DNA of 64,000 nucleotides from an uncultured Acidobacteriota bacterium (lineage in GTDB: Bacteria > Acidobacteriota > Vicinamibacteria > Vicinamibacterales > Fen-181): positions 1,263,954-1,327,953 of the forward strand of contig CAVZMW010000006.1 in the NCBI GenBank assembly GCA_963776495.1. Direction: 5' to 3'. This document shows, one piece after another, positions 27,228 to 36,537 of this stretch (positions are counted from its first letter, which is position 1; the number at the start of each line of letters is the position of its first letter). The position numbers and the translations under genes were made by a program. Below the pieces are notes generated by a model. It did not search any database. It saw only the letters and a list, made by a program, of their open reading frames with translations, and was not told where the DNA came from.

Positions 27228-27583
27228 GCCTCAGGGGCAGCCCCACAGGAAGTGTGCAACGTTGAGACACGGCCCGTGGTAAAGTCTGCCGGGCGGGCGC
27301 GGGCTCCCGCTCGCGACCGCGAACCGACTCGGGTCGGGTTGTGGCTCAGCCGGGCCGGGTCCGGCGACTCCGGTCGGCTCGACCCCGGCGCCGTCCGGGT
27401 CCATCGGCGGCAATCCGCCCGGTTGGCGCCGGTGACGCGACGTGCGAAATGGTATTGTCCACTAACGGAACCGTGATCGGCGGGACGACGACCAGCTGGG
27501 CGGACGACGCAGCTGGAGCCTGGGTTTGACGATTTTCGCAGTGAATCCGGGCCGACGACGCTCGGCCCCGGCCGGTGCCCGCT

Positions 27584-27598
27584 TGGCACCGGGCTTGC
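27584..27598 (+). promoter_or_regulatory. candidate sigma54 -24/-12 element (TGGCAC-N5-TTGC) upstream of pilM
   Basis: tTGGCACcgggcTTGCg lies 60 nt upstream of the pilM GTG. Caveat: the same bases also form a palindrome (ccggtgcc/ggcaccgg). Confidence 0.35.
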
Positions 27599-27657
27599 GC
27601 TGCTGCTGAGGTGACCGTCCGCTCGCCCGCGGCCGGATTCGACGAAGAGGGCATGGC

Positions 27658-28710
27658 GTGTTCTCGAGATACAAACCTGTCGCAGGTCTCGACATCGGGT
27701 CGAGTGCGGTGAAGGTGGTGGAACTCCGCCCCTCCGGCCGCTCCTACAAGGTGGTCGCCTTCGGGACCGAGCCGGTACCCGGCGACGCCATCGTCGATGG
27801 GGCGATCATCGACGCGACGGCCGTGGCCGGCGCGCTCGACCGGCTCTTCGGCGCCGCCAAGGTCAAGACGCGCGAGGTGGCCGCGTCGCTCTCCGGCAAC
27901 TCGGTGATCGTCAAGAAGATCACGCTGCCGGTGATGACCGAGGCCGAGCTGTCCGAGTCGATCCAGTGGGAGGCCGAGCAGTACATCCCCTTCGACATCC
28001 AGGACGTCAACCTCGACTACCAGATCCTCTCGTCGCCGCCCGCCGGCGCCAAGGGGAACATGGAGGTCCTGCTCGTCGCGGCCAAGAAGGACAAGATCGC
28101 CGATTACACGGACGTCATCAGGCAGGCCGGCCGGACGCCGGTCGTGGTCGACGTCGACGGGTTCGCGGTGCAGAACGTCTACGAGGCGAACTACGACGTC
28201 GAACCGGGCGCCGTGGTCGCGCTGCTGAACGCGGGTGCGAGCGCGGTCAACATGAACGTCGTCTCGGGCGGACAGTCGCTGTTCACCCGCGACATCTCGA
28301 TGGGCGGCAACGCCTTCACCGAGGCGCTCCAGAAGGAACTCGGCCTCTCGTTCGACCGCGCCGAGCGCGCGAAGAAGCTGGAGCCGGTCGACGGGATCGA
28401 GGCGGCCGACGTCGCGCCGGTCCTGCGCACGGTGACCGAGAACCTGCTGCTCGAGGTCCAGAAGACGCTGGACTTCTTCAAGGCGACGGCGGCGTCGGAC
28501 CGGATTGACCGCATGCTGGTCAGCGGCGGCGCGTCGCGCGTGGACGGATTCGTCGAGCGGCTCTCGGAGCGGTTCGGCACGCCGGTGGACTGGCTCGACC
28601 CGTTCCGGCGGATCGAGTTCGACGGCGGCCGGTTCGGGGTCCACGACGACGTGGCCTCGACCGTGGCCGTCGCCGTGGGGCTCGCACTCAGACGGGCAGG
28701 CGACCGATGA
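27658..28710 (+). CDS. pilM: type IV pilus assembly protein PilM
   Basis: MFSRYKPVAGLDIGSSAVKVVEL... with an actin-like ATPase fold. First gene of the pilMNOPQ order. Confidence 0.9.
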   Translation: MFSRYKPVAGLDIGSSAVKVVELRPSGRSYKVVAFGTEPVPGDAIVDGAIIDATAVAGALDRLFGAAKVKTREVAASLSGNSVIVKKITLPVMTEAELSESIQWEAEQYIPFDIQDVNLDYQILSSPPAGAKGNMEVLLVAAKKDKIADYTDVIRQAGRTPVVVDVDGFAVQNVYEANYDVEPGAVVALLNAGASAVNMNVVSGGQSLFTRDISMGGNAFTEALQKELGLSFDRAERAKKLEPVDGIEAADVAPVLRTVTENLLLEVQKTLDFFKATAASDRIDRMLVSGGASRVDGFVERLSERFGTPVDWLDPFRRIEFDGGRFGVHDDVASTVAVAVGLALRRAGDR

Positions 28711-29297
28711 TTCGCATCAACCTGATCGCCGGTGACCGCGACCGCGCCCGACGCCGCGCCTTCGGCACCGGGCTCGGCCTGGAGGCAACGCAGCGCAAGA
28801 CCACGCTCGCGTGCGCCGCGATCCTGCTCGTCACGGCGCTGGGCGTCGGCCTGTGGTACGTGTCCCTCGCCCGCCACAGCCACCAGATCGAAGCCGACAT
28901 CGTGACCAGCCAGAAGGAGACCGCGCGGCTGCGCGAGCTCATCCAGCAGGTCCAGGGCTACGAGGCGCGGCGCGGGCAGCTGCAGCTGCGGGTGACCCTG
29001 ATCGAGGATCTGCGGAAGGGCCGCGAGGCGCCCGTCCACATGCTCGACGAGATCAGCCGCGCCGTCCCGAACCTGCTGTGGCTCACCGAGATCAAGCAGA
29101 CCGGCGCCGACCTGCTCATCTCCGGCCGGTGCACCTCGCTCACCGCGCTGTCGGACTTCGCCGACAACCTGAAGGCGGGCGGGTACTTCAAGCCGGTGGA
29201 GATCGTCGAGAGCCAGGCGGAGTCGGCCCCGGCCGGCGGCGGGCCGGTGCCCAACAAGTTCTCGATCAAGGCGACGTTCGTCCCGCCGGGCACCTAG
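28707..29297 (+). CDS. pilN: type IV pilus assembly protein PilN
   Basis: MIRINLI..., one TM segment then a periplasmic domain. A 4-nt overlap with pilM. Confidence 0.8.
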   Translation: MIRINLIAGDRDRARRRAFGTGLGLEATQRKTTLACAAILLVTALGVGLWYVSLARHSHQIEADIVTSQKETARLRELIQQVQGYEARRGQLQLRVTLIEDLRKGREAPVHMLDEISRAVPNLLWLTEIKQTGADLLISGRCTSLTALSDFADNLKAGGYFKPVEIVESQAESAPAGGGPVPNKFSIKATFVPPGT

Positions 29298-29387
29298 GCA
29301 CGTTCCGGCCCGGGGACATCGTGAAGACGGCGCGGGGCGGTCGCGCCGGGGACACCAGGCGGCCGTGGCCGCGGAGGAAAGGGAGAC

Positions 29388-30041
29388 GTGGCTGGCACAT
29401 TGAGCAAGCTGCCGTGGTACGGGCAGGTGGGGGCCTTCGTCGGCCTGTCCGTCGCCGGTCTGGCTTCGTTCTTCTACTTCTACGCGTCGCCGATGCAGGT
29501 CGAAATGGCCCAGCGGCAGAAGAAGCTCGACGCCTTGCAGAACGACATCCGCAAGGGCCAGGCGATCGCCCGGCGCCTGCCGCAGTTCCGCGCCGACGTG
29601 GCCGAGCTCGAGGCGAGGCTCGAGACGCTGAAGAACGTGCTGCCGGAAGAAAAGGACATGGCCGACCTGCTCAGGCGGCTGCAGATGCTGGCCGTGCGGT
29701 CGAACCTGACCATCCGGCGCTTCAAGCCCTCGCCCACGCTGGTCGTCAAGGAGCTGCACGCCGAGGTCCCGATCCAGCTCGAACTCGACGGGTCGTACAA
29801 CAACCTGGCGCTCTTCTTCGACCGGGTGAGCAAGTTCCCGCGCATCATCCACATCAGCGCGGTCGACATCAAGGCGAAGGACAAGCAGGAGCCGGACTCG
29901 ACGATCTCGACCGCCTGCGTGGCGACGACCTTCATCCTGCTCGAGAACAAGGCACCGGTCGCGATCCCCGGGCAGAAGACGCCCGCCACACCGCCAGGGC
30001 GGCCGGCGCCCGCGGCATCTCGCGGAGGCGTGCGCCCATGA
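29388..30041 (+). CDS. pilO: type IV pilus assembly protein PilO
   Basis: One TM segment, a coiled coil (QRQKKLDALQNDIRKGQ) and a PilO-like C-terminal domain. Assignment also rests on position. Confidence 0.75.
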   Translation: MAGTLSKLPWYGQVGAFVGLSVAGLASFFYFYASPMQVEMAQRQKKLDALQNDIRKGQAIARRLPQFRADVAELEARLETLKNVLPEEKDMADLLRRLQMLAVRSNLTIRRFKPSPTLVVKELHAEVPIQLELDGSYNNLALFFDRVSKFPRIIHISAVDIKAKDKQEPDSTISTACVATTFILLENKAPVAIPGQKTPATPPGRPAPAASRGGVRP

Positions 30042-30763
30042 CGCGTCAACTTCCGTTCCGCGCGGCGGCGCTGCTGGCCGCGCTCGCGTTCGCCGCGCTC
30101 GCCCCGGCCCAGTCCGGCGGCGCGCGCCCGGCCGCCGGGCAGACCGCGACGCCGGCGAAGACGGTTCCGCCCCCGGCGGCGCAGAAACCCTCGACCCCGG
30201 CCGCCGTGAAGCCGTCCCCGGTCCGGCCTCCAGGCGCCGAGAAGCCCTCGGCGCCACCCCCGACGGCGCAGAAACCCTCGACGCCGGGCGCGCCCCCGGC
30301 GCAGAAGCCCGCACCGGCGCGCCCGGCCGCGCCTCCGGTGCAGAAGCCCTCGACGCCGGCGCCGCCGCCGGCCGCCGAGCAGCCCCCGGCGACGCCGGAC
30401 GCCCAGGGCCAGACCGGTTACAGTTATCGCTCGGAAGGTCGGCGCGACCCGTTCGTGAGTCTCTGGAGCTCCGGCGCCGGCGTCCGCCAGCGCACCAGGG
30501 TCGAGGGCATCGCCGGCGTGTATACGGTCGATCTCGTCGTCAAGGGAATCCTGCAGAGCAACGGCAAGTTCGTGGCCATCGTGCTGGGCCCGGACGCCAA
30601 GCGCCAGTACATCCTGCACACGAACGATCGGTTGGCTGACGGGGTCGTGAAGGCGATCACCGCCGACAGCGTGCTGATTCTCCAGGAGGTGAGCGACCCG
30701 TTGTCGCTCGCCAAGCAACGGGAGGTTCGCAAAACGCTGCGGGCCGTCGAAGAGGTCAAGTAG
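30038..30763 (+). CDS. pilP: PilP-like pilus assembly protein with a Pro-rich linker
   Basis: ATG 30038 overlaps the pilO stop (ATGA). Signal peptide, then a linker repeating (A)QKPSTP several times. The C-terminal beta domain is ...VVKGILQSNGKFVAIVLGPD...ILHTNDRLADGVVKAITADSVLI. Confidence 0.7.
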   Translation: MTRQLPFRAAALLAALAFAALAPAQSGGARPAAGQTATPAKTVPPPAAQKPSTPAAVKPSPVRPPGAEKPSAPPPTAQKPSTPGAPPAQKPAPARPAAPPVQKPSTPAPPPAAEQPPATPDAQGQTGYSYRSEGRRDPFVSLWSSGAGVRQRTRVEGIAGVYTVDLVVKGILQSNGKFVAIVLGPDAKRQYILHTNDRLADGVVKAITADSVLILQEVSDPLSLAKQREVRKTLRAVEEVK

Positions 30764-33073
30764 ATGCGGCACAACTCGACTTTCCGAGAAGCGGCGGGGC
30801 TGAAGGACGGGAACCCGAGGGCCGGTCACGCCGCCGGCGTCCGGGCGGGGCTGGTAGCGGCCCTGGCGGCCTGTGCGGTGATGGTCGCGTTCGCGGCTGT
30901 CGAGCCGGTGCGTCCCCACGCCCGGCTGAACAGCATCTCGGCGAAGGCCAGCGCACGCGGCGCGTCGGTGGTCCTCGAGGCCTCCGAGCCGGTCGCGTAC
31001 GTGACCAGCCGGCCCGACCCGCTGACCGTCCTCGTGGACCTGCGGGACGCGACGGCGTCGGGCGTCGCCAACCGCGTCGCGGCGTCACCGGCCGGGCCGG
31101 TCGCCGCCGTCACGGTGGAGGACGCCGTCGGGTCGGACGGCGCGGCGGTGGCGCGGGTGCGCGTGCTGCTCGCCTCGCCGGCGCGGCACACGGTCCACAG
31201 CGATCGGAACACGATCGAGGTGGACGTCATGCCCGACGACGGGGCGCCCGTCGTGCGCCTGACCGGACCGGCGTCGGCTCCGGCGCCCGCGCCGAACGCG
31301 GCCAGGCCAGCGGGTCCGGCGGCCACGCGCCTCGAGGCGGTGCGGACCAACGCCGGCGGGCGCTCGGTTGACGTGACGCTGTCCGGCAACGGCGTGCTCG
31401 TCGCCAGCTCGGTCGACCTCATGCAGTCGTCTCCCCACCGGCTGATCCTCGACTTCGCGGGCGTCACGCCCGCCGTGCCGGCGGCGATCCCGGTGGCGAG
31501 AGGCGCGGTGGAGCGGGTCCGCGTGGCCTCCTACAGCGCCAGTCCGCAGGTGACGCGCGTCGTGTTCGACCTCGCGCGCCCGGTGCCGTACACCCTCAAC
31601 ACGGTGGGCAACGAGCTGCACGTGAACTTCGCCGACGGCGACGCGCCCGAGGTCGCGAGCCCGGCGCTCCAGGCGCCGGCCGCACCAGCGACCGACGCCG
31701 GGCCGCAGTCCGCCCCGATGGCCGGCGCCATCCAGGGCGGCGGCGTCCAGACCGCGCCGCCCCCCGGACAGGTCGCCGGCACGCAGGGGACGCTGGCGCA
31801 GCTGCAGGCCGGGACGCAGCGTCGGTACGTCGGTCACCCGGTCACCCTCGACTTCCAGGGCGCGGACCTCAGGGCCGTGCTGCGCACCTTCTCCGAGATC
31901 AGCGAGCTCAACATCGTCATCGACCCCGCCGTGCAGGGCACCGTGGACGTGGCGCTGCGCGATGTGCCGTGGGACCAGGCGCTCGACAGCATCCTCCGCG
32001 CCAACAAGCTCGGCTACGTCGTCGACGGCACCATCGTCCGCATCGCGCCGATCACCGTCCTCTCCGAGGAGGAGGCCAACCGACGCAAGCTCTCCGAGGA
32101 GCAGGCGCTGTCGGGCGAGCTGCGGGTGGTCACCAAGGCGCTCAACTACGCGCAGGCGGAGGACCTCGCGCCGCTGCTCAAGGACAACGCCCTCTCCAAG
32201 CGCGGCTCGGTCGCCGTCGACAAGCGCACCAACACGGTGGTGATGAACGACCTGCCGCTGTACCTCGCGAAGGCGGAGGCGCTGCTCAACTCGCTCGACC
32301 AGTCGGAGGGCCAGGTGGAGATCGAGGCGCGCATCGTCTCGACGTCGAAGACCTTCGCCCACCAGCTCGGCGTGAAGTGGGGCTTCCTCGGGCAGGCGAC
32401 GCCGGAACTCGGGAACACGACCGGCGCGTCGTTCCCCAACACGATCACCGGCAACATCGCGGTCAACCCGTCGGGGAGCACGACGACGCTGCCCAACGTC
32501 GCCAGCCTGGTGCTTGGCAGCGTGAACGGGGGGCTCAACCTCAACGCGACGCTGCAGGCGCTCGAGAACGAGGGCCGCATCAAGGTGCTGCTGCAGCCGC
32601 GCGTGGTGACGCAGAACAACGTGAAGGCGCGCGTCGCCAGGGGGCAGGAAATCCCGTACACCACCACCATCGCGCCGCCCACCGGCGGCTCGCAGGGGGT
32701 GGTGGTGCAGCAGCCGATGCCGACGGTGCAGTTCAAGACCGCCGCCCTGACGCTCGAGGTGACGCCCCGCATCACGCCGTCCGACACGATTCTGCTGCAG
32801 GTGGACGTGGACAACGGGTCGGCGGGCGAGGTGCAGGCGAACGGGAACATCGCGATCAACACCCAGCGCGCCACGACCACCGTGCTCGTCCAGAACGGCG
32901 CGACGACGGTCATCGGCGGCATCACCGGCTCGACGCGCAACCGGACCGACTACCGGACGCCCGGGCTGGCGCGAATCCCGCTGCTCAAGTGGCTGTTCAA
33001 GTCCGAGACGACCAACGACTCGGACGAGGAACTCCTGATCTTCATCACGCCGCGCGTGATGCGAGTCAAGTAA
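30764..33073 (+). CDS. pilQ: type IV pilus secretin PilQ
   Basis: 769 aa. N-terminal AMIN-like repeats (ARVRVLLASPARHTV, ERVRVASYSASPQVTRVVFDL). Secretin C-terminus ...IPLLKWLFKSETTNDSDEELLIFITPRVM. Confidence 0.9.
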   Translation: MRHNSTFREAAGLKDGNPRAGHAAGVRAGLVAALAACAVMVAFAAVEPVRPHARLNSISAKASARGASVVLEASEPVAYVTSRPDPLTVLVDLRDATASGVANRVAASPAGPVAAVTVEDAVGSDGAAVARVRVLLASPARHTVHSDRNTIEVDVMPDDGAPVVRLTGPASAPAPAPNAARPAGPAATRLEAVRTNAGGRSVDVTLSGNGVLVASSVDLMQSSPHRLILDFAGVTPAVPAAIPVARGAVERVRVASYSASPQVTRVVFDLARPVPYTLNTVGNELHVNFADGDAPEVASPALQAPAAPATDAGPQSAPMAGAIQGGGVQTAPPPGQVAGTQGTLAQLQAGTQRRYVGHPVTLDFQGADLRAVLRTFSEISELNIVIDPAVQGTVDVALRDVPWDQALDSILRANKLGYVVDGTIVRIAPITVLSEEEANRRKLSEEQALSGELRVVTKALNYAQAEDLAPLLKDNALSKRGSVAVDKRTNTVVMNDLPLYLAKAEALLNSLDQSEGQVEIEARIVSTSKTFAHQLGVKWGFLGQATPELGNTTGASFPNTITGNIAVNPSGSTTTLPNVASLVLGSVNGGLNLNATLQALENEGRIKVLLQPRVVTQNNVKARVARGQEIPYTTTIAPPTGGSQGVVVQQPMPTVQFKTAALTLEVTPRITPSDTILLQVDVDNGSAGEVQANGNIAINTQRATTTVLVQNGATTVIGGITGSTRNRTDYRTPGLARIPLLKWLFKSETTNDSDEELLIFITPRVMRVK

Positions 33074-33089
33074 CGGCAGGAGGCAGAAG

Positions 33090-33641
33090 GTGACCAGGTC
33101 TCTCTCGTTCGTCTCCCGGCGGGCCGCGGCGGCCGCGCTCGCGCTCGCGGTGCTGGCCTTCAGTGCGTCGTGCGGCAAGAGCATGATGCAGCAGGGGAGC
33201 GGATCGTCGTACCTCATCGTCTCGAACCTTCAGGCCGGATCCGGCACGCCTCCCGTCTACGCGAGCATGATCCAGACCAGCGTCTCGTCCGGGACCGACG
33301 CCCCCGGGCAGATCACGTTGCGGATGACGATGAAGGACCCGTCCACCGACGTGACGCCGACCGATACCAACACGATCACGATCACCGGCTATCACGTCGA
33401 CTTCGTGTCGAACCCGCCCGGCCTGGCCGTGCCGTCGTCGTTCGACGGCGCGCTGACCGCGACCATCGGGACCAGCGACACGACGGTGTCGTTCGTCCTC
33501 GTGGGGGCGGCGACGAAGAGCCAGGCCGCGGGGCTGGCGCTCCCGCTCGCCACGGTCGCCACCGTCACCATGCGCGGCCACGACCAGGCGGGCCACGCGG
33601 TGTCGGTGTCGGCCACCATCAGCGTCACCTTCGTGTCCTAG
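33090..33641 (+). CDS. hypothetical lipoprotein downstream of pilQ
   Basis: Signal plus lipobox-like LAFSASC. Ser/Thr-rich, with a beta-sandwich-like alternation. I recognise no family. Confidence 0.55.
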   Translation: MTRSLSFVSRRAAAAALALAVLAFSASCGKSMMQQGSGSSYLIVSNLQAGSGTPPVYASMIQTSVSSGTDAPGQITLRMTMKDPSTDVTPTDTNTITITGYHVDFVSNPPGLAVPSSFDGALTATIGTSDTTVSFVLVGAATKSQAAGLALPLATVATVTMRGHDQAGHAVSVSATISVTFVS

Positions 33642-33701
33642 CCGCACCCGGCCCCGGGCGGACGATGAAGTCGACACGGCAGCTCGAGCGACCGGTGGAC
33701 G

Positions 33702-34343
33702 GTGGGACGAGTCGTGGCTGAACATTTCCGCATAGACGAACTCCGGCGGCGAGTCGAACAGGACCCGTCGTCGATTGCCTTCGCGCAGCTGGCCGAGGCG
33801 CTGCGCCGGACCGGCGCCATCGACGAGGCCATCGAGGCCTGCCGCGCCGGTCTCGTCCACCATCCCACGTACTCCTCGGCCCACGTCACGCTGGGCCGCG
33901 CCCTCATCGAGAAGGGCGACCTGGAGGACGCGGAGACCGAATTCAAGCAGGTACTGGCGTCGGCGCCAGAGAACCTCGCTGCCATCCGCGGGCTGGCCGA
34001 GATCCATCAGCGGCGGGGGCGGCAGGGGGAGGCGCTCGAGCAGTTCCGCCGCGCGCTCACCCTGGCCCCGCACGACCCGGAGCTCGAGGAAACCGTCTCC
34101 CGTCTCGCGGCCGGTCTCGAGGCGCCCCCGAGCCCCGCGCCCCCGGCCGAACCCGGGCCGGACGAGACGCCCGCCCCGGCGTCCGTCCCGGCGACGACGC
34201 CGGCGCCAGCGGAGGCGTCGGCCAGCCCGGCGGCCCCCCCGGACGCGCCCGTCGAGGCCGTCCCGACCCCGGCCGCGCACCAGATCGAAGCGCTGGGACG
34301 CTGGCTCGACGCGATCCTCGCCGAGCGCGAGCGGCAGGATTGA
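33702..34343 (+). CDS. TPR-repeat protein with a Pro/Ala-rich C-terminal region
   Basis: TPR-like helices (AFAQLAEALRRTGAIDEAIEACRAGL; AHVTLGRALIEKGDLEDAETEFKQVL; AIRGLAEIHQRRGRQGEALEQFRRAL). No signal peptide. GTG start. Confidence 0.65.
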   Translation: MGRVVAEHFRIDELRRRVEQDPSSIAFAQLAEALRRTGAIDEAIEACRAGLVHHPTYSSAHVTLGRALIEKGDLEDAETEFKQVLASAPENLAAIRGLAEIHQRRGRQGEALEQFRRALTLAPHDPELEETVSRLAAGLEAPPSPAPPAEPGPDETPAPASVPATTPAPAEASASPAAPPDAPVEAVPTPAAHQIEALGRWLDAILAERERQD

Positions 34344-34452
34344 CAGACCCGCCGGACATCTCCGACCATACTGGACCGGGATATCCTCCCCAGGTTTTGA
34401 TAGGATAGGCGTTTCAGGTTTGAGTCGAACCCCGCTGACCTCGGGCCCTCTA

Positions 34453-34548
34453 GATGTCTTGAAAGGCCAAAGTGGTTGCGCATGAGCCGGGTGATGGCGA
34501 GGTCAATCATGCCTTTCAAGACGTCGAGAGCCCCGCGCACGCGCGGGG
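34453..34548. repeat. two consecutive inverted repeats in the TPR-accB spacer
   Basis: gatgtcttgaaaggc (34453-34467) pairs with gcctttcaagacgtc (34511-34525), 14/15 complementary with a 43-nt spacer. It is followed by ccccgcgc-ac-gcgcgggg (34531-34548). Confidence 0.6.
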
Positions 34549-34659
34549 CCAGCCAACAGCGTTCCCGGGGCTAGCAAGGCGCGCCATGAATCCGCCTCCT
34601 CAGGCTCGGTGGCCTGATGCGCGCCTCGCTAGCCTCCGGGCGGACGAGGTGGAGTACCG

Positions 34660-35118
34660 ATGATCAACGTCGACGAGCTCAAGCAGATCCTGGACCTCGT
34701 CCGCGACCACGAGCTGAGCGAGTTCGAGTTCGAGGCCGAAGGTATCAAGTTGAGGATTCGAAAGGGCGGCCAGGTCGTCGTGCAGGCGGCTCCCGCGGCC
34801 GCCGCCCCGATCGCGCCGCCGCCGACCCCGCCGCCTCCCGCGGCCGTGGCCGGGCCCGCCGACCTCGACGCGGACGTCGAGCTGGCCTTCGTGACCTCGC
34901 CCATCGTGGGCACCTTCTACCGGGCGCCCGAGCCGAACGCGCCGCCGTTCGTCCGGCCGGGCGACCAGGTCAAGCCGGGGCAGACGCTGTGCATCATCGA
35001 GGCGATGAAGATGATGAATAACATCGACTCGGAGTACGAGGGCACGGTGGTCAAGGTGTTCGTGGAGAACGGCCAGCCGGTGCAGTTCGGCGAGCGGTTG
35101 TTCGCCATCAAGCGCTAG
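34660..35118 (+). CDS. accB: acetyl-CoA carboxylase biotin carboxyl carrier protein
   Basis: Pro/Ala linker and the biotinylation motif [10 protein letters not shown]. Confidence 0.9.
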   Translation: MINVDELKQILDLVRDHELSEFEFEAEGIKLRIRKGGQVVVQAAPAAAAPIAPPPTPPPPAAVAGPADLDADVELAFVTSPIVGTFYRAPEPNAPPFVRPGDQVKPGQTLCIIEAMKMMNNIDSEYEGTVVKVFVENGQPVQFGERLFAIKR

Positions 35119-35131
35119 GGGGCGCCCGCCT

Positions 35132-36505
35132 GTGTTCAAGAAGATCCTGATCGCCAACCGCGGGGACGTCGCGCTGCGGGTCATCCACGCCTGCCGCGAG
35201 CTGGGCATCAAGACGGTGGCCGTGTACTCGGAGGCCGACGCCAACTCGCTGCACGTCCGGTTCGCCGACGAGGACGTGTGCATCGGGCCCGCCCGCGCCG
35301 CGCAGAGCTACCTGAGCGTGCCGGCCGTCATCAGCGCGGCCGAGGTGACCGGCGCGGACGCGATCCACCCGGGCTACGGCTTCCTGTCCGAGAGCGCCTA
35401 CCTCGCCGAGGTCTGCGAGGCGTGCCACATCAAGTTCATCGGGCCCGACCCGCGGGTGATCCGGCTGATGGGCGACAAGGCGCGCGCCCGGCGCGTGATG
35501 AAGAAGGCCGGCGTCCCGGTGCTCCCGGGCAGCGAGGGGATCGTCGACAGCGAGGAGAAGGCGCTCCGGATCGCGAAGGAGATCGGGTACCCGGTGCTCA
35601 TCAAGGCCACCGCCGGCGGCGGCGGGCGCGGCATGCGCGTGGCGACCGGCCCGGCCGACTTCGGCCAGGCGTTCAAGACCGCGCAGCGCGAGGCCGAGGC
35701 GGCCTTCGGCGTGAAGGACGTCTACCTCGAGAAGTACATCGACGCGCCGCGGCACATCGAGTTCCAGATCCTCGGCGACCACCACGGCACCGTCGTGCAC
35801 CTCGGCGAGCGCGAGTGCTCGATCCAGCGCCGCCACCAGAAGCTGGTCGAGGAGTCGCTCTCGCCGGCCCTGGGCGACAAGATGCGCCGGAAGATGGGCG
35901 GCGTCGTCGTCGACGCCGCGAAGGCGGTCCAGTACGCCAACGCCGGGACGTTCGAGTTCCTGCTCGACAAGGACGGGAAGTTCTACTTCATGGAGGCGAA
36001 CACCCGGCTGCAGGTCGAGCACGGGGTGACCGAGATGGTGACCGGCGTGGACATCGTGAAGGAGCAGATCCGGATCGCGGCGGGCGAGCGGCTGTCGTTC
36101 CGCCAGAGCGAGGTGACCTTCACCGGCCACGCCATCGAGTGCCGCATCAACGCGGAGGACCCCGAGACCTTCGCGCCCTCGCCGGGCACCGTGCACGTGT
36201 TCGCGCTGCCGGGCGGGCCGGGGGTCCGCGTGGACACGGCGTGCCACTCCGAGTGCCTCATCTCGCCCTACTACGACTCGATGATCGCCAAGGTGATGGC
36301 GCACGGGCGCGACCGCCAGGAGGCGATCGCGCGGATGCGCCGGACGCTCGAGATGACGGTGATCGAGGGGATCAAGACCAACGTGCCCCTGCACCTGAAG
36401 ATCCTCGCCGAGGCCGACTTCGGGGCCGGCCGGCTGAACACGGCGTTCATGAACCGCTTTCTGGCGGCCCCGCGGCCGGCCGGGTCGCTGGCCAAGGCGG
36501 TCTGA
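35132..36505 (+). CDS. accC: acetyl-CoA carboxylase biotin carboxylase
   Basis: [26 protein letters not shown]... 457 aa with full-length similarity. GTG start. Confidence 0.95.
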   Translation: MFKKILIANRGDVALRVIHACRELGIKTVAVYSEADANSLHVRFADEDVCIGPARAAQSYLSVPAVISAAEVTGADAIHPGYGFLSESAYLAEVCEACHIKFIGPDPRVIRLMGDKARARRVMKKAGVPVLPGSEGIVDSEEKALRIAKEIGYPVLIKATAGGGGRGMRVATGPADFGQAFKTAQREAEAAFGVKDVYLEKYIDAPRHIEFQILGDHHGTVVHLGERECSIQRRHQKLVEESLSPALGDKMRRKMGGVVVDAAKAVQYANAGTFEFLLDKDGKFYFMEANTRLQVEHGVTEMVTGVDIVKEQIRIAAGERLSFRQSEVTFTGHAIECRINAEDPETFAPSPGTVHVFALPGGPGVRVDTACHSECLISPYYDSMIAKVMAHGRDRQEAIARMRRTLEMTVIEGIKTNVPLHLKILAEADFGAGRLNTAFMNRFLAAPRPAGSLAKAV

Positions 36506-36537
36506 GCCCGGACCGTGCGCCCCCGGGACGGAAGACG

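Noticed and set aside
27224-28644. ORFs of 121 and 432 aa on the minus strand in the rplM-pilM spacer and over pilM
   Set aside because: They are antisense to pilM or lie in the promoter spacer. They have no start context and no similarity I recognise. Their composition is typical of high-GC artefacts.
34400-34445. tRNA-like fragment (ggtttgagtcgaacccc resembles a T-arm)
   Set aside because: No acceptor stem, anticodon arm or full cloverleaf can be built around it. The GTTCGAATC-type T-loop consensus is not met.
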